In this document: one piece after another, positions 49,373 to 59,479 of the stretch | Numbering within the stretch: position 1 is the first letter of the stretch | How the letters are laid out: each line of letters opens with the position of its first letter | NCBI GenBank assembly: GCA_963815455.1 | Contig: CAWFGO010000001.1 | Location: forward strand, 1,408,001-1,472,000 | From: an uncultured Verrucomicrobiae bacterium | GTDB taxonomy: Bacteria > Verrucomicrobiota > Verrucomicrobiia > Chthoniobacterales > UBA10450 | Length of the DNA stretch: 64,000 nucleotides | Reading direction: 5' to 3' | Translations under genes and position numbers: made by a program | Notes under the pieces: generated by a model | What the model was told of the DNA's origin: nothing | What the model saw: only the letters and a program-made list of their open reading frames with translations | Databases searched by the model: none

Positions 49373-50467
49373 ATGAAACTCCAAAGACCTCGCGCTTTTA
49401 CTCGACGGGAAGCTGTCCCGCCTCCGCCGGGCTACGGCGCGGCGAGCACCTTCCCCTACAGGCCAAGAATCATAGGGCTCGCGCTTCTGTTTGCACTGAT
49501 CGGTTCAGCCTGGGCGCAAAACCCGCTGATGATTAACGGCGCGGGTGCGACGTTCCCGTATCCGATCTACTCGAAGTGGTTCGATGAGTATACCAAGGTC
49601 GATCCCTCCGTCCGGTTTAATTATCAATCGATCGGTTCCGGCGGCGGGCAGAAGCAGATTATGGCGCAGACAGTCGATTTCGGCGCATCGGATGGGCCGA
49701 TGAGCGATGACAATCTGTCCAAGGCTCCCGGCAAAATTCTGCACATTCCCACAGTCGCAGGCGCGGTGGTGATGACTTACAACGTCGAGGACAATCCGGC
49801 GCTAAAACTCGATGGCGAGACGATTGCCGGCATTTTTCTCGGCAAGATAAAAAAGTGGAACGACCCGAAGATCGCGGCCACGAATCCGGGAGTAAAATTA
49901 CCGGACAAAGAAATCATTGTGGTCCATCGCTCCGACGGCAGCGGCACGACATTTATTTTCACCGATTACCTGAGCAAGGTGAGTGCGGAATGGAAAGGGA
50001 AGGCCGGGAACAACACGTCGGTGAATTGGCCGACGGGGATTGGCGGCAAAGGGAACGAAGGCGTAGCCGGCCAGGTGAAACAAACGCCGGGCGCGCTCGG
50101 TTACGTGGAATTGATTTATGCGATCCAGAACAAAATGTCCTACGCGGATGTGAAAAACGCTGCGGGCGAATTCGTTAAGCCAACATTGGAATCGGTGACG
50201 GCCGCTCTGGCCACGGCTGATGTCCCGGATGATTTCCGGTTTTCGATGACGAACGCGCCGGGCAAGGACGCTTACCCGATCGCGGGCGCGACCTGGCTGC
50301 TGGTTTACCAGCAGCAGAAGGACGCTGCCAAAGGCAAGAAGGTGGTCGAGTTTTTGAAATGGGCGCTGACCAAGGGCGAAGGAATGTCGAAGCAGCTCGA
50401 TTACGCGCCATTGCCGGCGGCGCTGCAAGAGAGGGTTCTTAAGCGGGTCGGAGAGATCAAGTATTAG
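49373..50467 (+). CDS. pstS: Phosphate ABC transporter substrate-binding protein
   Basis: GAGATFPYP, YQSIGSGGG, DFGASD, HRSDGSGTT, GGKGNEGV, GYVE, YPI. Confidence 0.96.
   Translation: MKLQRPRAFTRREAVPPPPGYGAASTFPYRPRIIGLALLFALIGSAWAQNPLMINGAGATFPYPIYSKWFDEYTKVDPSVRFNYQSIGSGGGQKQIMAQTVDFGASDGPMSDDNLSKAPGKILHIPTVAGAVVMTYNVEDNPALKLDGETIAGIFLGKIKKWNDPKIAATNPGVKLPDKEIIVVHRSDGSGTTFIFTDYLSKVSAEWKGKAGNNTSVNWPTGIGGKGNEGVAGQVKQTPGALGYVELIYAIQNKMSYADVKNAAGEFVKPTLESVTAALATADVPDDFRFSMTNAPGKDAYPIAGATWLLVYQQQKDAAKGKKVVEFLKWALTKGEGMSKQLDYAPLPAALQERVLKRVGEIKY
49407..49459 (-). repeat. GTAG-REP with nested 30-nt element in pstS leader
   Basis: GGGAAGCTGTC[CCGCCTCCGCCGGGCTACGGCGCGGCGAGC]ACCTTCCCCTAC; host matches reverse complement of the 9586 REP. 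Confidence 0.8.
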
Positions 50468-50468
50468 C

Positions 50469-51476
50469 ATGGCGCAGGCGACTTTCGTCGGCGCACCCGG
50501 AGGTCGCGCCCTACCTTTGGCAGAAATGCGCGCTGGGGCGAAGATGGCCAGGCCGTCGCGGTATGCCGATAAGGCATTCGAGTGGCTTACGCTCGGGATG
50601 GCGATGGCCGTCATCGTGCTGGTGTTTCTTATCGGCTGGCAACTGGCGCGCGGCTCATCCCTGGCGATCCAGAAATTCGGATTCAATTTTCTGGCAACAT
50701 CGACATGGGATCCGGTGGCGGAACAGTTCGGCGCGTTGCCGTTCATTTATGGAACAGCGATCTCGTCGCTCATAGCCCTGGTAATTGCCGTGCCGCTCAG
50801 CATTGCGACGGCGATCTATCTCACGGAACTCGCGCCGCGCTGGATTCGGCAGCCGCTCGTTTCGCTGATCGAAATGCTGGCGGCGATTCCGAGCGTGATC
50901 CTCGGATTATGGGGCATCTTCGTGATGATCCCGTGGCTCCGCGATCATCCATTTCCGTTCCTGAAGGAAACGCTCGGTTGGACGCCGTTGTTTACCGGCC
51001 CGATCTACGGGCCGAGCATGCTGGCTGGCGGAATCATTGTTGCGATCATGATTTTGCCGATCATCACGTCCATCTCGCGGGAGATTCTGCGCAGCGTTCC
51101 GAACTTGCAGCGGGAAGCGGCCTACGCACTCGGCGCGACCCGTTGGGAAGTCACGCGCATCGCAGTGCTCAGTTATGCCAGGAAAGGTTTGTTCGGCGCG
51201 GTCATTCTTGGGCTCGGCCGAGCGCTGGGTGAAACAATGGCCGTTACGATGGTGATCGGCAATACGCCGCAGATCGCAGCGTCGCTCTTCAAGCCCGGTT
51301 ACACGCTGGCCAGCGTCATTGCCAATGAATTCGCCGAAGCGACGACTGATCTTTATCTGGCGACGCTGTTTGAAATCGGGCTCGTTCTTTTTGGAGTGAC
51401 GATTTTGGTGAACCTGATCGCGCAGCTTCTTCTCAAAACCATGACCAACACTTCGGCGACCCGGGCCGTTCAATAA
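50469..51476 (+). CDS. pstC: Phosphate ABC transporter permease
   Basis: FGALPFIYGT, EMLAAIPSVILGLWG, REAAYALGATRWE, LGRALGETMAV. Confidence 0.96.
   Translation: MAQATFVGAPGGRALPLAEMRAGAKMARPSRYADKAFEWLTLGMAMAVIVLVFLIGWQLARGSSLAIQKFGFNFLATSTWDPVAEQFGALPFIYGTAISSLIALVIAVPLSIATAIYLTELAPRWIRQPLVSLIEMLAAIPSVILGLWGIFVMIPWLRDHPFPFLKETLGWTPLFTGPIYGPSMLAGGIIVAIMILPIITSISREILRSVPNLQREAAYALGATRWEVTRIAVLSYARKGLFGAVILGLGRALGETMAVTMVIGNTPQIAASLFKPGYTLASVIANEFAEATTDLYLATLFEIGLVLFGVTILVNLIAQLLLKTMTNTSATRAVQ
50490..50514 (-). repeat. GTAG-REP in pstC N-terminal region
   Basis: Reverse complement GTAGGGCGCGACCTCCGGGTGCGCC, translated as GAPGGRALP. Confidence 0.75.
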
Positions 51477-51478
51477 CC

Positions 51479-52336
51479 ATGGGGGCAGCTCGAGCTAACA
51501 ATCATACCTGGCGCACCATCAAGAGTGCGCTTGCCTCCGCCGGAACCTTTGTTTCGGCGATCCTGGTTATCGCGCCTCTGGCCCTGGTCTTTTTCTACGT
51601 GCTTAAAATGGGCGCCGGAGCGGTGAACCTCGATTTCTTTACTCATTTGCCGACTCCGGTAGGCGCTCACGGCGGCGGTATGGCCAATGCCATCGTTGGA
51701 ACGCTGGAGTTGCTGGCGCTCGCTTCCATCATCGGAATCCCGATTGGTGTTTTGGGCGGCGTGTATCTCGCCGAGTACGGCACAGCGCGCGCGAATTCGT
51801 TGCTCCGCTTTGTCGCCGACGTGCTCAACGGCGTGCCATCGATCACCTGGGGCGTTGTCGTTTACGGACTCGTCGTGTTGCGGTTCAAGGGGTTTTCCGC
51901 CTATGCCGGTGGGCTCGCCCTTGGGTTGATCATGATTCCGCTGATCCTGCGAACGACCGAAGAAGTAATCTTGCTGGTGCCGAATGGTTATCGCGAAGCC
52001 GCCCTCGCGCTCGGGATCGCGCGCTGGAAAACAATCGTGCACATCGTGATAAAGACCGCTTCCAAGGGGATCATTACGGGAATCCTGCTTGCCCTGGCCC
52101 GGATCGGCGGCGAAACCGCTCCGCTCCTATTCACCGCTTTCGGTAACCGCTTCTGGAACCACAGTCTGAACGAGCCGATTGCCGCGCTGCCACTGCAGAT
52201 TTTTACCTACGCGATTTCCCCCTATGACGATTGGCATCGCCAGGCCTGGGCCGGCGCCCTTGTGCTCGTCACCGGGGTTTTTTGCGTTAATGTGCTGGTG
52301 AGATTTCTCACCCGTCAGCGCGCCGCATCGGTGTAG
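51479..52336 (+). CDS. pstA: Phosphate ABC transporter permease
   Basis: [50 protein letters not shown]. Confidence 0.96.
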   Translation: MGAARANNHTWRTIKSALASAGTFVSAILVIAPLALVFFYVLKMGAGAVNLDFFTHLPTPVGAHGGGMANAIVGTLELLALASIIGIPIGVLGGVYLAEYGTARANSLLRFVADVLNGVPSITWGVVVYGLVVLRFKGFSAYAGGLALGLIMIPLILRTTEEVILLVPNGYREAALALGIARWKTIVHIVIKTASKGIITGILLALARIGGETAPLLFTAFGNRFWNHSLNEPIAALPLQIFTYAISPYDDWHRQAWAGALVLVTGVFCVNVLVRFLTRQRAASV

Positions 52337-52347
52337 GAATTCTCGAA

Positions 52348-53199
52348 ATGGTTGCCTCGCTTATGCCGTCGCCAGATCCAGTCATCCTCGAACATCGCGA
52401 GGCGCGCGGGACTGATTCTACGCCGGAGCCCGAGTCGGCACTGCCCCTGGCTTTCGAGGTAAGAAATCTGTCGATGTGGTACGGCGGCAAGCGCGCCATC
52501 GATGATGTAACGCTCAACATCCCCGCAAAAGCGGTCACCGCCATTATCGGGCCGAGCGGCTGCGGGAAATCGACGTTTCTCCGTAGTCTCAACCGGATGC
52601 ACGAGCTGGTGCCGCGAACACGCATTGAAGGTTCGGTGCTGTTGCATGGCGAAAATCTTTACGCCAAGGATGTCGATCCCGCCGTTGTGCGTCGCCGAAT
52701 CGGCATGGTGTTCCAAAAATCGAATCCGTTCCCGACGATGTCGATCGGCGAAAACGTGATCATCGGGCTGCGCCTGAATGGAGTGCGCGACCGGAAATTT
52801 CTAAACGAACAGTTGGAAAAATCGCTGCGGATGGCGGCGCTTTGGGATGAAGTAAAGGACGATCTGCACAAGGCGGGCACGAGTTTGTCCGGCGGGCAAC
52901 AGCAGCGGCTGTGCATCGCCCGCGCGCTGGCGGTCGAGCCGGAAGTAGTTTTAATGGACGAACCCTGTTCGGCGCTCGACCCGATCGCCACGGCCAAGAT
53001 CGAGGAACTCATTCACGGACTCAAAGCTCAATACACCATCGTCATTGTGACTCACAACATGCAGCAGGCGGGGCGTGTGTCCGATTTCACCGCCTTCTTT
53101 TATATCGGTCGGCTTATCGAGCTTGGGCTTACCACAAGAATCTTCACCAATCCAAGCCAAAGACAGACCGAGGATTATATTACAGGGCGGTTTGGATAA
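52348..53199 (+). CDS. pstB: Phosphate ABC transporter ATPase
   Basis: [59 protein letters not shown]. Confidence 0.97.
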   Translation: MVASLMPSPDPVILEHREARGTDSTPEPESALPLAFEVRNLSMWYGGKRAIDDVTLNIPAKAVTAIIGPSGCGKSTFLRSLNRMHELVPRTRIEGSVLLHGENLYAKDVDPAVVRRRIGMVFQKSNPFPTMSIGENVIIGLRLNGVRDRKFLNEQLEKSLRMAALWDEVKDDLHKAGTSLSGGQQQRLCIARALAVEPEVVLMDEPCSALDPIATAKIEELIHGLKAQYTIVIVTHNMQQAGRVSDFTAFFYIGRLIELGLTTRIFTNPSQRQTEDYITGRFG

Positions 53200-53275
53200 T
53201 GCTGTAGGGGAAGCGTTGCACTTGCCGAGGCGGGAGGAAGAGTGAGAGTAAGAGCGAATGGAGAGGGAAATTGAG

Positions 53276-53962
53276 ATGACCCCACCGAAACATATTCTTG
53301 GGACATTTGATCAGGCACTGGCTTCGCTGCGCAACGACGTGCTCATGATGGCCGGCTTGGCCGAGCGCAGCCTCGACCGTGCGATCAAGGGCTTGCTCCA
53401 GCGTGACGACAATCTTTGCGCTAACGCGATCGCGGATGACGAAGAGATCGACCAGCTGGAAAAACAGATCGACAAGGACGGCGTAGATATTTTGCTGCGT
53501 TATCAACCCGTGGCGTCCGATTTGCGGCGGGTGATTGCGGCGATGAAACTTTCCCCCAATATCGAGCGCGTGGGCGATCAGGCCACCAGCATTGCCCGGC
53601 GCGCCCGAAAATTGAACAGGCATCCGGCTTTGCCCGAAGTGGAATTGATGGTTCCAATCCGAGCGCACGCGGTCTCGATGTTCAAGGACAGCGTCGATGC
53701 GTTCGTCCACGAAGATGTCAATCTTGCCCGGGACGTCGTTTCCCGCGACAACGTTCTGGACGAAATGAATCGGGCGGCCAATCGCAAGCTGACCGAACTC
53801 ATGGCCAAGAATCCGGATCACCTTCGCGGCTATCTCAATTTGATCTTTGTTGCCCGCTGTCTGGAACGCGTAGGCGATCACGCCACCAACATCGCCGAGG
53901 ACGCCGTTTACGCCGCCGCGGCCGAGGATATTCGGCATCAACCTTTCGTTGCCTCGAGCTAA
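53276..53962 (+). CDS. phoU: Phosphate transport system regulator
   Basis: DEEIDQLE, QPVASDLR, IERVGD, LERVGDHATNIAE. Confidence 0.95.
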   Translation: MTPPKHILGTFDQALASLRNDVLMMAGLAERSLDRAIKGLLQRDDNLCANAIADDEEIDQLEKQIDKDGVDILLRYQPVASDLRRVIAAMKLSPNIERVGDQATSIARRARKLNRHPALPEVELMVPIRAHAVSMFKDSVDAFVHEDVNLARDVVSRDNVLDEMNRAANRKLTELMAKNPDHLRGYLNLIFVARCLERVGDHATNIAEDAVYAAAAEDIRHQPFVASS

Positions 53963-53974
53963 GACATGGGCCTA

Positions 53975-54065
53975 GTCATCCTGAGCGCAGCGCAGCGGAG
54001 TCGAAGAATCCCGTGACAATGCGTTCTGGAGCTCAACGGGATTCCTCGACTGCGCTCGGAATGAC
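53975..54065. repeat. GTCAT...ATGAC palindromic repeat
   Basis: GTCATCCTGAGCGCAG...TCGAAGAATCCCG...CGGGATTCCTCGACTGCGCTCGGAATGAC; copies at 57463 and 60977. Confidence 0.85.
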
Positions 54066-56313
54066 AGAAACTACGGTTGCCCCTCCGAAGATTTTCGAAT
54101 CGGCCCATGAGCGCTTCGGCGATCCGAAAAATTTCATCAATCGCGAGCTGAGCTGGCTCGAATTCAATCGCCGCGTCCTGGAAGAAGCCCAGGACCCGAG
54201 CCAGCCGCTGCTGGAGCGGGTGAAATTCCTGATGATTGTCGCTTCGAATTTCGACGAATTTTTTGAGATTCGCGTCGCCGGCATCAAACAGCAGATCGAA
54301 AGCGAGACGAGCGACATTGGGCCGGACGGGTTGACCCCGACGGAGACGTTTAATCGAATCCAAAAAATCGTGCGCGAACTCGTGAGCAAGCAATACGCGC
54401 TTTGGAAGGATGAATTGGTGCCGGCGCTGTCGAAGCACGGTATTTATGTGCGTGAAATTTCTCGACTCGGCGCGAAACGGGCGGCCTGGGCCCACCGCTA
54501 TTTTCAGCAGGAAGTTCTCCCGATGCTTACCCCTCTGGCGGTGGATGCCAGCCATCCGTTTCCGCACTTGTTGAACCGGAGCCATAATTTGCTGGTGCGG
54601 GCGCGCACCCGCCGCGGTGGCGAACGTTTGCACGCGATCGTGCAGGTACCGCGAGTGGTGCCGCGGCTGATCCTGATGCCGCGGTCGGCCGGGGCGGGCG
54701 AGCCGTGGGAATACATTTATCTCGCCTCTCTTATCACAAAGCACATCGGCGAATTGTTTCCCGGGCTCATCATCGAGGACGCACACGCATTTCGTATTAC
54801 GCGTAACAGCGATCTCTACATCGACGATGAAGAGGCAGAGAACCTTCTGCGCACGATCGAGCAGGAATTGCGGCGCTCCAGCCGGGGCGATGCCGTTCGC
54901 CTGGAGGTGGAAGCCGATTGTCCGAAAGATTTTCTAGGATTGCTCCTCGAATTTTTCGATCTGTCCGAAGCGGACGCGTACAAACTCGACGGGCCGCTTT
55001 CCATGACCCATCTGGCCCCGCTGTTGGCGAACGACGCATTTGCCAAAATAAAAGATCGTCCGTTTCAGCCGGCTCGCGATCCGGCCCTGCCGCCACATGC
55101 TGATTTTTTCGAAGTGCTGCGGCGGCAGGATGTGTTGCTGCATCATCCTTATGACAGTTTCGATCAAGTGGTAGAACTGATTGAATCGGCGGCCAACGAT
55201 CCGCAGGTTCTCGCGATAAAGATCACGCTGTATCGCACCAGTGGCGATTCGCCCATTGTTGAGGCGTTGATCGATGCCGCCAATGCCGGCAAACAGGTCA
55301 CCGCCATCGTGGAGCTACGGGCGCGATTTGATGAGGCGAGCAATATTCAATGGGCCCGGCGCCTGGAGGAAGCAGGCGCCCACGTCATTTACGGCGTGGT
55401 TGGATTAAAGACGCATTGCAAGACGCTGCTGATCGTGAGACGCGATGCCGACCAGCTGCGGCGCTATGTCCATCTCGGCACCGGGAATTATCATCCGCGT
55501 ACCGCCCGCACTTATACCGACTTCAGTTTGCTCACAACCCAGCCGCAATTGACCGAAGAGGTCGCAATCGTCTTCAACACGCTTACCGGTCTGGCTGGTT
55601 ACCCGGGCCTGAAAAAACTAATGGTCGCGCCGTTCGATCTGCACAGCCGTCTGATCACGTTGATCGAGCGCGAACGGGACAACGCGCGCGCGGGCAAACG
55701 GGCCCGCATCTTCGCGAAACTCAATGCGCTGGTGGACGAGGAGATCATCGAAAGACTGTACGAAGCTTCCTGCGCGGATGTGACTGTCGATCTTGTTGTG
55801 CGCGGTATTTGTTGCCTGCGGCCGAAAATTCCGGGACTGAGCGAAAATATTCGTGTCATCAGCATTGTGGGCCGATTTCTGGAGCACAGCCGGATCTACT
55901 ATTTTGAAAACGCCGGCGACCCGCTGGTTTATCTTTCCAGCGCCGATTGGATGCCACGCAATTTCTTCCGACGCGTCGAGGTGGCGTTTCCGATCGAGAC
56001 GACGGCGTTGCGGGATCAAATGGTTAACGAGGTCCTGCCGCGATTCTTGAACGATCGGGTCAAGGCGCGCGAGCTACAGCCAGGCGGAACCTACCGGCGC
56101 TTGAAACCGGAAGGAAGCGAAGCGCGTCTCCAGGCGCAATGGCAATTCCGCGAAGTTTCCCGTGAGCGAGCAAGAAAAATGAGCGGCTCGAAGCGAAAGA
56201 AGCGCTCGGATAAATTGATCCCGATCACGGATCCAGAATCGATCGCCGCAACGGCGGATCGCGGGCCGGGATCAACGGTCCCGCCTGCACCATCGATAGC
56301 GAAGAAGCCGTGA
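54061..56313 (+). CDS. ppk1: Polyphosphate kinase 1
   Basis: NRELSWLEFNRRVL, DEFFEIRVAG, HPFP, LLHHPY, ELRARFDE, LKTHCK, GTGNY, GRFLEHSR, SADWMPRN. Confidence 0.97.
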   Translation: MTETTVAPPKIFESAHERFGDPKNFINRELSWLEFNRRVLEEAQDPSQPLLERVKFLMIVASNFDEFFEIRVAGIKQQIESETSDIGPDGLTPTETFNRIQKIVRELVSKQYALWKDELVPALSKHGIYVREISRLGAKRAAWAHRYFQQEVLPMLTPLAVDASHPFPHLLNRSHNLLVRARTRRGGERLHAIVQVPRVVPRLILMPRSAGAGEPWEYIYLASLITKHIGELFPGLIIEDAHAFRITRNSDLYIDDEEAENLLRTIEQELRRSSRGDAVRLEVEADCPKDFLGLLLEFFDLSEADAYKLDGPLSMTHLAPLLANDAFAKIKDRPFQPARDPALPPHADFFEVLRRQDVLLHHPYDSFDQVVELIESAANDPQVLAIKITLYRTSGDSPIVEALIDAANAGKQVTAIVELRARFDEASNIQWARRLEEAGAHVIYGVVGLKTHCKTLLIVRRDADQLRRYVHLGTGNYHPRTARTYTDFSLLTTQPQLTEEVAIVFNTLTGLAGYPGLKKLMVAPFDLHSRLITLIERERDNARAGKRARIFAKLNALVDEEIIERLYEASCADVTVDLVVRGICCLRPKIPGLSENIRVISIVGRFLEHSRIYYFENAGDPLVYLSSADWMPRNFFRRVEVAFPIETTALRDQMVNEVLPRFLNDRVKARELQPGGTYRRLKPEGSEARLQAQWQFREVSRERARKMSGSKRKKRSDKLIPITDPESIAATADRGPGSTVPPAPSIAKKP

Positions 56314-56999
56314 AGAAGAGAGTCCTTGTGATAGACGTCGGCGGCTCCAACGTGAAGCTGATGATCTCGCGGGCAACCAAGCGAAAATTCAAGTCCGGTC
56401 CGAAGATGACGCCGCGTGCGATGGTGGCGCAGTTGAAACCGCTGGTGCGCGACTGGAAATTCGACGTCGTTTCGATGGGATTCCCCGCGCCGGTGGGTAA
56501 CGGCCGCATCCTGGGCGAGCCGAAAAACCTTGGGCCGGGATGGACCCGATTTAATTTTGAAAAGGCGTTGGGCAAACCGCTTCGTATTGTGAACGACGCC
56601 GCCATGCAGGCACTCGGCAGTTATCGCGGCGGCCGGATGCTTTTCCTCGGTCTCGGCACCGGGCTGGGATCGACATTGATTTGGGAAACGAACGTGCTCC
56701 CGCTCGAGCTTGGCGATCTGCCCTATGGCGACCGGGAGATTATCGAAGATTATCTTGGTAAATCGGGAATGAAACAGCTCGGCGAAAAACAATGGAGGCA
56801 GGAGGTCTTGAGCGCGGTCGCGCAATTGAAGAAATCGCTCATTGCCGATTACGTTGTGCTGGGCGGCAGCGGCGCGAAAAAATTCGACGAGCTGCCTAAC
56901 GGGATGGAGCTGGGGCATAACCGGAACGCTTTTCTGGGAGGCGTTCGTTTATGGCAGGTCGAACCGCGCACAGGCAGCCGGAAGTGGAACATCATGTAA
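56310..56999 (+). CDS. ppgK: ROK family polyphosphate glucokinase-like protein
   Basis: IDVGGSNVK, GFPAPV, VNDAAMQALG, LGLGTGLGS, ELG; coupled to ppk1. Confidence 0.8.
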   Translation: MKKRVLVIDVGGSNVKLMISRATKRKFKSGPKMTPRAMVAQLKPLVRDWKFDVVSMGFPAPVGNGRILGEPKNLGPGWTRFNFEKALGKPLRIVNDAAMQALGSYRGGRMLFLGLGTGLGSTLIWETNVLPLELGDLPYGDREIIEDYLGKSGMKQLGEKQWRQEVLSAVAQLKKSLIADYVVLGGSGAKKFDELPNGMELGHNRNAFLGGVRLWQVEPRTGSRKWNIM

Positions 57000-57001
57000 A
57001 T

Positions 57002-57463
57002 ATGCAAATCTACTTTCTTCGACACGGCGAAGCCGACTGGCCGGATTGGAAAAAATCCGATGACGAACGTCCGCTAACGAAATACGGAAAGCGGGAAATG
57101 CGCGAAGTGGCGAAATTTCTCGGGCGCTTGAAGGTGCGGCCCGGCCTGCTCGTCACGAGCCCGTTGCCGCGCGCCGCCCAAACCGCCGAAATCGCGGCCG
57201 ATTATCTGACCACAAAACTGCGGCGGGACGAGTTGCTCGCGCCGGGATTTGGAATGAAAGAGCTGAGCACCGTGCTGAAGCGGCATCGCGCGAAAGTATT
57301 GATGTTAGTCGGGCACGAGCCGGATTTCACCAATGTCATTGCTGGATTGACCGGGGCCAGGCTAAAACTTTCCAAAGGAGGGGTCGCCCTGCTCGATGTC
57401 GATCCTGAATCGGAAGAGGGAAGACTACTCTGGTTGTTTCCGCCGAAGCTGGCCAAGAGTTAA
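57002..57463 (+). CDS. sixA: Phosphohistidine phosphatase
   Basis: FLRHGEA, DDERPLT, TSPLPRAAQTA, LVGHEP. Confidence 0.9.
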   Translation: MQIYFLRHGEADWPDWKKSDDERPLTKYGKREMREVAKFLGRLKVRPGLLVTSPLPRAAQTAEIAADYLTTKLRRDELLAPGFGMKELSTVLKRHRAKVLMLVGHEPDFTNVIAGLTGARLKLSKGGVALLDVDPESEEGRLLWLFPPKLAKS

Positions 57464-57541
57464 TCATTCTGAGCGCGGCGAAGAACCTCGCGCACGACCC
57501 CGGATGTTGCTTGTGAGATCCCTCGCTGCGCTCGGGATGAC
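57463..57541. repeat. GTCAT-family palindromic repeat
   Basis: ATCATTCTGAGCGCGGCGAAGAACCTC...GAGATCCCTCGCTGCGCTCGGGATGAC. Confidence 0.8.
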
Positions 57542-57658
57542 ATGCTTCGCTTGCATTTATGAGATAACTATCGCTTCTAATAAACATTACCTCCAACACT
57601 TCCACACAATCATTCCGAACACGGCCTGATGGGTTTTGGGACCAACTCGATTACTAAA

Positions 57659-59461
57659 ATGCCCTACCAACCAATCGAAAACTACGGCGTCATCGGGGAC
57701 CTTCACACGGTTGCGCTGGTTGGAATGAACGGCTCGATCGATTTCATGTGTTTCCCCAATTTCGATTCGCCCTCGATTTTTGGCGCGTTGCTCGACGATC
57801 GAAAGGGCGGCCGGTTTCAACTCACGCCCATTCTCACCGGAGAACGGCGCAAGCAGATTTATCTGCCCGACACAAACATTCTGTTCACGCGATTTCTCGC
57901 CGCCAATGGAGTGGCAGAGGTGTCCGATTTCATGCCGATCAAGGCGGTAGGTCACGCCCATCACCTGGTCCGGCGGGCCAAGGCAGTGCGTGGCGAGCTG
58001 AACTTCCGCATGATCTGCGCCCCGGCCTTCGATTACGGACGTGCCGGTCACCGGGTCGAAGTCCAATCGGACGGAATCCTTTTCACCAGCGAGGCGCCGG
58101 ATCGCCTGACGCTGCGATTGCGTACGAAGATTCCTGTAAAAATCGAAAATGGCGCCGCGATCGCTGAGTTCAAACTGTCGGCAGGCGAAACTGCAGCCTT
58201 TATCCTGGAGGACGCCGGGCAAAGCCACGGAGCGGCCGCAGATCCCGATTACGTCTCGGCGGTCTTTAAGGAGACAATGAACTTCTGGCGGCAATGGATC
58301 CACAAATCGTCTTACAAGGGACGCTGGCGTGAGATCGTTAACCGCTCGGCGCTTACGCTCAAGCTTCTGACGTTCGCGCCCACTGGCGCCATGGTTGCCG
58401 CTCCCACCTTCAGTCTGCCGGAGGAGCTGGGCGGGGAGCGCAACTGGGATTACCGGTTTACCTGGATTCGGGACGCTTCGTTCACGCTCTACGGTTTGAT
58501 GCGGCTCGGTTACACCGGCGAAGCAGCGGCCTTCATGCGCTGGATCGAGGATCGCTGTCACGACGCAAGCTCGGATGGCTCTTTGCAAATCATGTACGGG
58601 CTGGACGGGCGCCGCGATCTTGTCGAAGAAACGCTGTCGCACTGGGAAGGCTACGCGGGCTCGTCGCCGGTGCGGATCGGCAATGGCGCGGCCGGGCAGT
58701 TGCAGCTCGATATCTACGGTGAGCTGATGGATTCGGTTTACATTTACAACAAGTTTGGCCAGCCGATCTCATACGATTTCTGGCAAAGTCTCGTCCGGCT
58801 AACAGATTGGCTCTGCAAAAATTGGCAGCAACCCGACGAAGGCATCTGGGAGGTGCGGGGCGGGCGCCACGAATTTCTTTACTCCCGCTTGATGGCCTGG
58901 GTGGCGGTAGATCGCGCAATCCGGCTGGCGATGAAGCGATCGTTCCCCGCGCCGCTCGATCGCTGGCATCGGGTGCGTGACGAGATTTACACGGATATCT
59001 ACACTAACTTTTGGAACAACGACCTTCAGTCCTTCGTGCAATACAAAGGAGCGCGGACTGTCGATGCCTCCACTTTGCTGATGCCGCTCGTGAAATTCAG
59101 TGGCCCAACCGATCCGCGCTGGCTCTCGACCTTGCGCGCAATCGAAAACTCGCTGGTCGAAGATTCGCTGGTTCACCGATACAACATCGCCGATGCGGCT
59201 CCCGATGGCCTCTCCGGCAAGGAAGGCACTTTCAACATGTGTTCGTTCTGGTTTGTGGAATGCCTTTCCCGAGCAGGCGATCTGGAGAAAGCGCGCTTCT
59301 TTTTTGAAAAAGCAACCGGTTATGCGAATCACCTCGGCCTTTATTCGGAGGAACTCGGCCCGTGCGGTGAACACCTCGGCAATTTCCCACAGGCGTTCAC
59401 CCATTTGGCCCTGATCAGCACAGCTTATAATCTCGATCGGACGCTCTCCGGTCTAAGATAG
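57659..59461 (+). CDS. GH15 glycoside hydrolase (trehalase/glucoamylase-like)
   Basis: IENYGVIGD, AAPTFSLPE, RNWDYRFTWIRD, QLDIYGE, DEGIWEVRG, GLYSEE, GNFPQAFTH. Confidence 0.93.
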   Translation: MPYQPIENYGVIGDLHTVALVGMNGSIDFMCFPNFDSPSIFGALLDDRKGGRFQLTPILTGERRKQIYLPDTNILFTRFLAANGVAEVSDFMPIKAVGHAHHLVRRAKAVRGELNFRMICAPAFDYGRAGHRVEVQSDGILFTSEAPDRLTLRLRTKIPVKIENGAAIAEFKLSAGETAAFILEDAGQSHGAAADPDYVSAVFKETMNFWRQWIHKSSYKGRWREIVNRSALTLKLLTFAPTGAMVAAPTFSLPEELGGERNWDYRFTWIRDASFTLYGLMRLGYTGEAAAFMRWIEDRCHDASSDGSLQIMYGLDGRRDLVEETLSHWEGYAGSSPVRIGNGAAGQLQLDIYGELMDSVYIYNKFGQPISYDFWQSLVRLTDWLCKNWQQPDEGIWEVRGGRHEFLYSRLMAWVAVDRAIRLAMKRSFPAPLDRWHRVRDEIYTDIYTNFWNNDLQSFVQYKGARTVDASTLLMPLVKFSGPTDPRWLSTLRAIENSLVEDSLVHRYNIADAAPDGLSGKEGTFNMCSFWFVECLSRAGDLEKARFFFEKATGYANHLGLYSEELGPCGEHLGNFPQAFTHLALISTAYNLDRTLSGLR

Positions 59462-59479
59462 CCGAAATCGCAGGCAGAT

